From contig JBBQPO010000214.1 in assembly GCA_038217285.1 (NCBI GenBank), forward strand, positions 1 to 10,770: DNA of 10,770 bases. The letters are read 5' to 3'. This document shows, in pieces, positions 1 to 7,100 of this stretch. The stretch's first letter is position 1, and each line of letters starts with the position of its first letter. The notes below the pieces were generated by a model, which was not told the DNA's origin, searched no databases, and saw only the letters and a program-made list of their open reading frames with translations. The DNA is from Chthonomonadales bacterium. GTDB taxonomy: Bacteria; Armatimonadota; Chthonomonadetes; Chthonomonadales; Chthonomonadaceae. A program made the translations under genes and the position numbers.

Positions 1-140
1 GACTGTCTCACGCTGGGGAAAGGTGCGCGTTTGGCGGTGGAATCGATGCGCGTTTTCGCGTGGAACGGGTGCGCTTTTTCAAGCGGAATCACTGCGCTCT
101 TTCAGGCGGAATCGATGCGCGTTTTCGAGCGGAATTTGCA
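1..140. mobile_element. Terminus of a probable IS21-family insertion sequence; the rest lies outside the window
   Basis: On the minus strand the segment starts 5'-TGCAAATTCCGCTCGAAAACGCGCATCGATTCCG at 140, a terminal TG followed by five tandem 23-bp ATTCC-containing repeats. TG...CA ends with multiple internal transposase-binding repeats are established IS21-family hallmarks. The segment interrupts a beta-propeller ORF at this point. No istA/istB is visible in the window. Confidence 0.75.
24..138. repeat. Five imperfect tandem 23-bp repeats (TGCGC..TTT....G.GGAA...)
   Basis: TGCGC starts at 24, 47, 70, 93 and 116, an exact 23-bp period. Units: tgcgcgtttggcggtggaatcga / tgcgcgttttcgcgtggaacggg / tgcgctttttcaagcggaatcac / tgcgctctttcaggcggaatcga / tgcgcgttttcgagcggaatttg. 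Confidence 0.95.
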
Positions 141-370
141 ACCGTCGGTGGGTTCAAGGGAGTCAGATTGCCGGAACTGGTGATTCGGTACTGCGAGACC
201 GTGTTGTCCTTAGCGTTCGCGACATAGGCGAAATGGTTCAGTGTATTCAGGCTCTCGAAGTGTGCAGGGCCATCGCACCCTGAACCCAGCAGCCCTGCAG
301 ACAGGCCCAGAAGGGCCAGAAGGGCCCGTCGGATGGATCGAGCTGCACCTAGTGTAGGAACTAATAGCAT
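89..370 (-). pseudogene. 5' fragment of a lipoprotein with lactonase-like (6-phosphogluconolactonase/YVTN-type) beta-propeller, truncated by IS insertion at about 140
   Basis: GGAGG RBS (380-376) lies 5 nt before ATG 370. The signal peptide RRALLALLGLSAGLLGSG-C is lipobox-like. It is followed by one typical propeller blade, FAYVANAKDNTVSQYRITSSGNLTPLNPPTV. The last ~16 codons are read from the repeat array up to a TGA at 89-91. Confidence 0.8.
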
Positions 371-496
371 AGAAACCTCCGGAAGTGCGTCCTAACGGCA
401 GGCAGGCATTAGGCGCGGTTAGTGTGCGGCCAGGGAGCAGGTGCCGTTCCGCCATTGTAGAGAAAAGTGCGTCGAGCAGGGACGGTTGCCAGCCCG

Positions 497-541
497 ACGA
501 GCGCGTCTCGTGCGAAGGTCGCGATGCCGCGAAAGCCTTCG
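497..541 (-). other. Two adjacent stem-loops in the predicted ~185-nt 5' leader of the lipoprotein gene
   Basis: On + coordinates, CGAAGG-TCGCG (513-523) pairs with CGCGA-(aag bulge)-CCTTCG (528-541), and ACGAG (497-501) pairs with CTCGT (507-511). There is no U-tract and no recognised riboswitch consensus. Confidence 0.4.
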
Positions 542-562
542 AGGGAGAGAGGGAATATACGC

Positions 563-608
563 ATTATACAGATCTACCGCAACAGCAGCGCAACAGACAG
601 CGCAACAG
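563..608 (-). promoter_or_regulatory. Activator-dependent promoter: TATAAT -10 box plus three direct repeats (putative SARP/wHTH binding site)
   Basis: The minus strand reads CTGTTGCG ctgt CTGTTGCG ctg CTGTTGCG gtagatctg TATAAT. Repeats are at 608-601, 596-589 and 585-578, and the -10 is at 568-563. The repeats occupy the -35 region. The promoter points at ORF 370. Confidence 0.7.
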
Positions 609-704
609 AGGGGTTATATTGGGTCTGTGTTGTAAAATAGGGCACGAGGGAGGAGAAATGGAGCCGGTTGTAACGGGAGAAAGGCGACTTGGCAGTACGA
701 CGGA

Positions 705-3700
705 TTACACGATGGACAGGGCGGTATGGATAATCGGCTGATCTCTCAGGAGGTTCTGCGCTTCCAACAAAGCCTGACCGGGAGTCCATGCGGCGCCAGC
801 GGTCCAAGCAGCTTCAAACACGGCCCCACCCAACTGCAGGCGTGCCTGTTCACAGTAAGGCCCTAGCGCGAACGATCCTGCGCTTGTGGCGGCGTTGAGC
901 GCCTGCCCTGCCGCCGCCAGGCGAACCGAAGCCGCACTGATCGGCAGTCGGGTGCCAATCTGGCAGAGGCACTCCGCCATGCCGCGGATGTCCCCCAACT
1001 GCAAATACCCTTCCAGGCTCTGAGCCAGATAGAAGCGCGCCCTCTGCGTCTCCCCGAGCCTTGTATAGAGGAGACCCAACTGCCTGGAATAGTAAGTCAT
1101 GCCGCTGAGGTTCTGCTCGGACATGCTCGATTCCAGCGCCTGAACGTAGCGCGCTGCCCCCTCGGCGTAGTTCCCGCGTGCCTCCGCAAGGTCGCCGAGG
1201 CAACTGTACATAGAGGCAAGATAGAGGGGGTCGCCCTGGGCTTCGTAGTAGGGCAAGCCCTCGTCAAAATAGCGCTGGGCGCTCTCCAGTTCACCCTGTT
1301 GCAGCGCCAGGGTGCCCAGATGCACCTGCTGGCGTGCCACAAATTCCGCGTTGCCGATCTGTCTCGCAATCTGCAGCGCCTGTTGCATATGACCGGCTGC
1401 TTCGGTCCAGTCCGACTGATAGAGCGCCAGGTGCGCTGCCAGATCCAGGCCTCGGATGCGCAGTAAGGTTGGCTCCTGCGCCCCCAGCCGGCTTAGAAAC
1501 CGGTCGAGCAGCCTCCTCACCTCGGCATAGTTCCCTCGCAGATTCCAGTACTGCCGGAGCGTGAACAGCAGATCCAGACCAGTCACCATGCTTGCAGCGT
1601 CGTGCAGACATCTCTCCAACGCTTCGCGAATATTTTCCTGCTCTACGGCCAGTCGCTGCAGCCAGAGTGTCTGCTCCGCGCCCACCAGGTGTGGGGCAGC
1701 TTCCTGTGCAAAATTCAGACACCAGTCCAGATGCAGATGTCGTAACCGGATCCACTCCTCCTCCTTCAGTTGTTCTGCTGCGAACTCACGCAGCGTCTCC
1801 AGCAGGCGAAAGCGCGTCTCCCCAGCCTGGTCGTCGCTCTCTTCAGAGAGAAGAAGGGAATGATCCCGCAGGGTCCGCAGACACTCCAGCGCATTCGGTT
1901 CTTCACAAACCTGTTGCGCCGCTTCGACGGTCCAGCCGCCGCGAAAAACGGCAAGGCGGGTGAATAACCTTTGTAAATCAGGGGAGAGGAGTTGATAACT
2001 CCATTCGATAGCGGCGCGGAGAGACTGGTGCCGCGAAACCCGCCCCGATTTGCGCCCAATCAACAGATCCAACCGATTGGAAAGGCGTGCCTGGATCTTC
2101 GCAGGCGACAAAATGGAGACCCAGGCGGCGGCCAATTCGATGGCGAGCGGCAAACCCTCCAACTGCGCGCATAGGCTGCCTACCACCTCCATATTGCGGG
2201 GTGTGAGCTGAAAATCGGGCCGCGACAACTGTGCGCGATTGACGAAGAGCTCCACGCTGGCGAAATCCAGCAGACGTTCCGGTGTTCCAGCGTGCGCTGG
2301 CGTCGGCAGGGGATGCACCGGGAACTCCTGTTCGCCCTCCAGGTTCAGGCACTGCCGCGACGTGATCAGACACACCAGTGTCGGTACGCGCTCCAGTAAC
2401 GACTGCACCACCTGCACCGCCCCCTGCGCGCCCGTTTCCTCCGCAGCATCCTTGTCCGTCTTAACGGCCTCGTACGCGGCCTCCGCTCCCTCTCTGAACA
2501 ACAACTGCTCGAAATTATCCAGAATAATCGCCTGCGGAAGCTCCGCCAGCGCTGCCACGACTCCGCCGACCAGATCCTCCTTCAAACCCATTGGCAGCTT
2601 CAAAGCGTGGGCAACCGCCTCCAGTATACGACTCGGATCCGAGATGTCGGCCAGAGAAACAAACGTCACCGGCAGAGCTGCCTGGGCATGGAGCCGCCGT
2701 GCGACCTCGATCGCGAGCCGCGTTTTGCCCGTGCCGCCTGGTCCTGTCAGCGTAACAAGCCGGTGTGCAGGGCCAGTCGGACCCCGAACCCATTCTTCAT
2801 GAGAGGGTGAGAGCAGGCGCGCCACCTGCGTGATTTCCGTGTCGCGCCCGAAGAAGCGCGTCAGAGGAAGAGGCAGCCGGGCAGAAGGCGCAACGGATGC
2901 AGATTCCGCTCCTGTCCGAATCGTTGCTTCCGTAGCAGGCGTATTCCGGGGCGTCGTTCGTGCTAGCCTGGCGGATCGCTCCGTCGCCAGGGCTCGCGGG
3001 GAGAAAATCCGGTCAGTGAAGGCCCTCGTTGCAACACGCCGAGGCGTTCCCCCAATGTTCTCACGTATCTGGCCAGCAAGCGAACAGGCTAACTGCGATG
3101 GAGGAGCGCCCAGAGCCTTCTCCGACAGTTGCTTCCACTGCTCAAAAAAGTGCAGAGCCTCCCCTGGCTGCTGCGCTTCGGCACAGACACGCATTATCAG
3201 GAGATAGTCCTCTTCCTCATAGGGGTTCGCCGCGAGGAGGCGATGTGCATAGGGAAGCGCCTGACCACTTTGTCCGCTGTCTTGAAGCGCACGGATGACC
3301 TGCCGTAGCTGGTGAACATAGTTCTGCGCCAACCGCGATCGTTCCGAAAGTATCCAGTCGGCATAGCAGCCCGGCAAGAGATCGCCTCCATAGACGCGAA
3401 TGGCCTCTAGTCCGGCCTGCAGACGCTGTTCGTGCACCGACGCACTATCCGCCACTTGACAGGCGGCTTCGAACTCCGCCACATCGGTAGTAAGGGCGTC
3501 CGGATTCAGTCGCACACTCACGCGGTCTGCGACCACGACGCTATTGGCGACAGCGCCGGGAGGCTCCAACTGTTGCCGCAAAGAGGCCAGGGCCGTGCGC
3601 AGGCTGGCCCGGCCAGCCTCGACATCACTGTCGGGCCAGACGATACCGGCGACCTCCTCACGCGGCAGGCTACGTTGGCGATGCAAGGCGAGGAAGGCCA

Positions 3701-3803
3701 GCAACTCTCCGGTCTTCTGAGTCCGAAAGCGGTCAATTACATGTTCATGCCGACGGACTTGCAGTCCGTTGAGCAGCACGACATACCACATTGTATCCAG
3801 CAT
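705..3803 (-). CDS. AfsR/SARP-family transcriptional regulator: OmpR-like wHTH + BTAD + NB-ARC (STAND ATPase) + TPR sensor domain, 1032 aa
   Basis: N-terminal wHTH (KTGELLAFLAL...REEVAGIVWP...SLRTALASLRQQL) and BTAD (DVAEFE...YGGDLLPG..DWILSER...NPYEE). Walker A GPGGTGKT (aa 354-361, nt 2744-2721), Walker B IILDNFEQ, GLPLAIELAA, AIEWSYQLL, LAVFRGGW and RFRLLETLREFA are all present. The C-terminus has helical TPR-like repeats. GAAGG lies upstream of ATG 3803; Met5 is an alternative start. Confidence 0.95.
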   Translation of the reverse strand: MLDTMWYVVLLNGLQVRRHEHVIDRFRTQKTGELLAFLALHRQRSLPREEVAGIVWPDSDVEAGRASLRTALASLRQQLEPPGAVANSVVVADRVSVRLNPDALTTDVAEFEAACQVADSASVHEQRLQAGLEAIRVYGGDLLPGCYADWILSERSRLAQNYVHQLRQVIRALQDSGQSGQALPYAHRLLAANPYEEEDYLLIMRVCAEAQQPGEALHFFEQWKQLSEKALGAPPSQLACSLAGQIRENIGGTPRRVATRAFTDRIFSPRALATERSARLARTTPRNTPATEATIRTGAESASVAPSARLPLPLTRFFGRDTEITQVARLLSPSHEEWVRGPTGPAHRLVTLTGPGGTGKTRLAIEVARRLHAQAALPVTFVSLADISDPSRILEAVAHALKLPMGLKEDLVGGVVAALAELPQAIILDNFEQLLFREGAEAAYEAVKTDKDAAEETGAQGAVQVVQSLLERVPTLVCLITSRQCLNLEGEQEFPVHPLPTPAHAGTPERLLDFASVELFVNRAQLSRPDFQLTPRNMEVVGSLCAQLEGLPLAIELAAAWVSILSPAKIQARLSNRLDLLIGRKSGRVSRHQSLRAAIEWSYQLLSPDLQRLFTRLAVFRGGWTVEAAQQVCEEPNALECLRTLRDHSLLLSEESDDQAGETRFRLLETLREFAAEQLKEEEWIRLRHLHLDWCLNFAQEAAPHLVGAEQTLWLQRLAVEQENIREALERCLHDAASMVTGLDLLFTLRQYWNLRGNYAEVRRLLDRFLSRLGAQEPTLLRIRGLDLAAHLALYQSDWTEAAGHMQQALQIARQIGNAEFVARQQVHLGTLALQQGELESAQRYFDEGLPYYEAQGDPLYLASMYSCLGDLAEARGNYAEGAARYVQALESSMSEQNLSGMTYYSRQLGLLYTRLGETQRARFYLAQSLEGYLQLGDIRGMAECLCQIGTRLPISAASVRLAAAGQALNAATSAGSFALGPYCEQARLQLGGAVFEAAWTAGAAWTPGQALLEAQNLLRDQPIIHTALSIV

Positions 3804-4152
3804 AAATCGCGACCTTCACCGTACCCTCTTTGTAAATCAGGATTGGAACACAGGGCGCAGTCAACCATGAGTCTATAGGATCGACACGAAGATATTCCTC
3901 TGCAACATCCTTCCTGTTGGAGGTAGAAATGCACCGTATAGTTCCCAGTATTTGTCCGGTTCGTTTCGCGGAGCGCAAATTGGGTAAACCAGACTGGGGA
4001 TGAGGGTTCCTCTACAGAGGAGGAAGGCGCAGACGAGCGGCAGAGTGGTCAGCAGTCCGCCTGCCATGAGCATGCCGTGCATCTCGCCGCCAACGATTTT
4101 GACGACGAGTTTGAACCAACTGCTGGCCTCCAGTTTCGTGGGGAGACCGGCG

Positions 4153-7100
4153 CTATTTCTCCAGGGTGATGGCGGCGATCTTTACCTCTGGAACCAGGGG
4201 CAACTGAATAGCGATCAGTTTGCGGGGGGAGCGTATCTTGATCGAGTAGTGATAGAGGGCGATGGCTCCTGCTTTGGCGCCGTCGCGCTCGTTGTGCCAC
4301 GGTGTCAGGAGGACGATCTCATCCTTGTTTTCGCCGGGATGATCCCAGGGGCTCACCGTCAGCGAATAGAGGTCTTCCGAGGTTCCGGTCGGCTCCTCGA
4401 AAATCAGTTTTAAATTGATCTGCGCCTCCTTACCGGAACTGGCGGCAACCAGATGCAGGAGATGGCAGAAGCCCACAGAGGACTTCCCGAGTTCGATCTT
4501 CTGCCCCAGGCAAGCGATCATGTTTTTGGCTTTGCCCTCTTTCGGCCCCCATCGGAACCCGATACGGAGTGGGGAGTCCGCCCCGGTCTTGTCGGTCGGC
4601 AGCCACATACCGGCAGGCACAACCGGCATATCCGGGAAGGGCGGCAGCAGGTCGGCGGGAAACGAGCGCCCCTTACCATCGAAGTTGCCATACGCCTTAT
4701 TGTCCATATCGGCGACGCCGTCGGTATTGAAGCCTTTGCCGAGATCGGTGAACGTCAGTCGGTCCCCGAACACCTGAATCGGGCGCACCACCGTGTCGGC
4801 CACTCGTGTTCCCCCTGCAGTAGAGGCCCAGGTATCTCCGAACTTCACATCCCAGACCAGCCAGTAGATACCGTCTGTCGGTGGGGGTGTGATCCACGCG
4901 AGCATCTCCTGGGTCCGACTGCCCGGCGGCACGTCTTCCGTAATCGGGGTCGTCTCGTTCTCGAAGAAATATTCGGAGCCATCCTGGAAATACCAGTGGT
5001 AGCCCACTCGCACCTGATTGCGGCGCCATATCTGCGTACCGACATTCTGCAGGCTCATCCGAACCGGCAGGCGCTTCCCGCCGGGCAGACTCCCCGGCGT
5101 CCCCTCCTGCGTGAACCGTACCCCGAAGTCGAAATCGACCAGGGTGACAGGCGTCGGCGCGATACTCACGCCTTCCGTCGTCGCCCCCCCTTGCAGAGCG
5201 GCAACGACCTCCTGCGGACCCTGCGCCGGTGCGACCTCCCAGTAGACAAGATAACCGCTGCCGCTTTCAGATTCCGGTAAGGACGCCCCTTGCGGATCTG
5301 TCACCGGCAGGACCAGCCGCACCGTAGCCTGCTGCCCCGGCGCTACCTCTTTATCGAGCGCTGTACTGGCATCCGCGGTGGCAACACTGGCCACAGTCTG
5401 CCAATTCCCGACATCCTTGACGCGGTACAGACGTATCCCGACACGAACTCCGTCCGCCTTGCGCCAGGTCGTTCGGCCATCGTTACGGACCGTCGCGTTC
5501 ACCTCGTACAGGCCGCCGTTTTCCAGCAGCGTGGGCAGATCGGTCCGAACAACCGTGGCGGCCCAGGGAGAAACATCGGTGTCCATGTGGATATGAACGG
5601 GGACTTCGCACGTCGCTCCTGCCACCGCCCCACCCCGTTTATCCGACGACACGACAGAGAACTCCAGCGTGTAGTCTCCGGCAGGCAGGGGGCTGTTCTT
5701 GCCATTGCCGGCCGTTATCGGCAGCGAGAGGCTGACATTCTGGCCAGCAAGCACCGGAGCGGTGAGGGGAACGGTCCCGCCCGTCGCCACGATACCGTTT
5801 TTACCCCGCCAACGATAGGTCACGGCCGGCAGTAGCGCTTTCGTGCCGCCCCACTCCTCCATTCCGGAGTTTTGCAGCCGCAGTTGTACTATCGTCGTCG
5901 CGCCGGACGCCAGGACAGCGGGCAGATCGTGACTGACCAACCGCAGAGATCGTTTGGTCGATGCGGCGTACAGACGGGTGAGGAACAGTGTCGTGTCCGC
6001 GAGGCTGAATCCGGCCTCTACCGAAGGCGCGATCTCCCGTCCATTCGTATAGTCGTTCCAGCCATCCAGGAGAACCCAGTCCGGAGACTTGCTGATCGCC
6101 GTCGTCCACAGCACGCGGTACGCGTCCGTCTCGCGTCGGGTCGGCAGTGTTTTGTCCGCGAAGGTGCGAGAGGCCGCATACCCGGCGCTGATCGTCGCGA
6201 TCTTAAGCCATCCGTCGGCGACAGGAAGCCCTTCTTTGGCCGAACTGTCGGCGAAAAATCCGTCCAGGCTGGCCTTGCCCCGAAACCCGTCTACGCCGAC
6301 GACAAGCAGGTCGCTGCCCGCAAAGTCCATGGCGAAACGACGGCGCAGTTCCGTCAGGAAGGTCGGGCCAACCTGTCGTATCGCATCGGCGTTCGAAAGG
6401 AAAACGGGGTATGCCATTCGACCGTTGTTCGCCGCACTCATCGGGACGCGGCACCGGAATTCGGCAGGAACACGTCGATAGAAGTTCCCGATCATAGTGT
6501 AGAGCGCATTAAAGGACGCGGAATCGTTCAGATCGGGCCGATCGCCCAGCGCTTCGATCAGGCTATTCGTGTCCAGAAACAGGCCGATCTGCGGATAGTC
6601 CTGCCCGGCCTGGCGCATCGACTGCAGAGCCATTACCAGAACATTCAGGCCTTTGTCCGCATAGATCTGGCGCGCATGGGTGGAGCCACGATAGACCGGC
6701 AGGAGGACGTCGATGCCTTCTCTGCGAGCCTCCGCCAACTGCTTCCGGTGCCAGTCCGCCCGGTCGAAACTGAACCACGGCCCCGCGCCGTCGAGCGGAT
6801 GGTGCGCCAGCAGCGAACTGTTGTCGGAGCGTATGACCTGCGCTGCAGGAACCGACTTGCGCGGATCGCCCTGATATCCGTACTCGTAGGTCGCCAACAC
6901 AAGCGGAGTCACCTGTTGCGGCTGCCGAGGCGTGGTCGTGGTGTCATGGATAGTCGGGGCGATGGAGACCAGGCGGCGCGGTGGCCGCGGCACGAACTCC
7001 AGCCGCGTCCGGGCCGCGAGCGTCGATTCCAGAGCGGCATGACCGGTACGCGCCGTCGCCAGTTCACCGAACTCGAACATCGAAAGCCCGTTCCACTCGC

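Noticed and set aside
24-138. CRISPR array or iteron interpretation of the 23-bp repeats
   Set aside because: The units are contiguous with no unique spacers and are degenerate. No cas or rep gene is in view, and the terminal CA plus gene interruption fit an IS end better.
385-741. 118-aa + strand ORF across the intergenic region
   Set aside because: It has no recognisable domain, and its QQQRNRQRNR segment is just the translated DNA repeat box. Only the last 27 codons have an SD and are reported separately.
705-3803. Avs-type antiphage STAND defence protein
   Set aside because: The N-terminal module is a wHTH-BTAD transcription-activation unit rather than a nuclease, TIR, SIR2 or TM effector. 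An indirect defence role cannot be judged from sequence.
850-3878. Numerous 60-190 aa ORFs overlapping the regulator gene
   Set aside because: They are alternative-frame or antisense ORFs inside a well-supported CDS, with low-complexity Arg/Ser/Ala composition.
3873-4082. 69-aa minus-strand ORF with a hydrophobic N-terminus between the two large genes
   Set aside because: There is no convincing SD or recognisable motif. It cannot be excluded but is not supportable from sequence alone.
3804-4152. Promoter, terminator or riboswitch upstream of the regulator
   Set aside because: TTGACT and TTGCAG hexamers lack correctly spaced -10 boxes, and the hairpins lack U-tracts and known riboswitch consensus.
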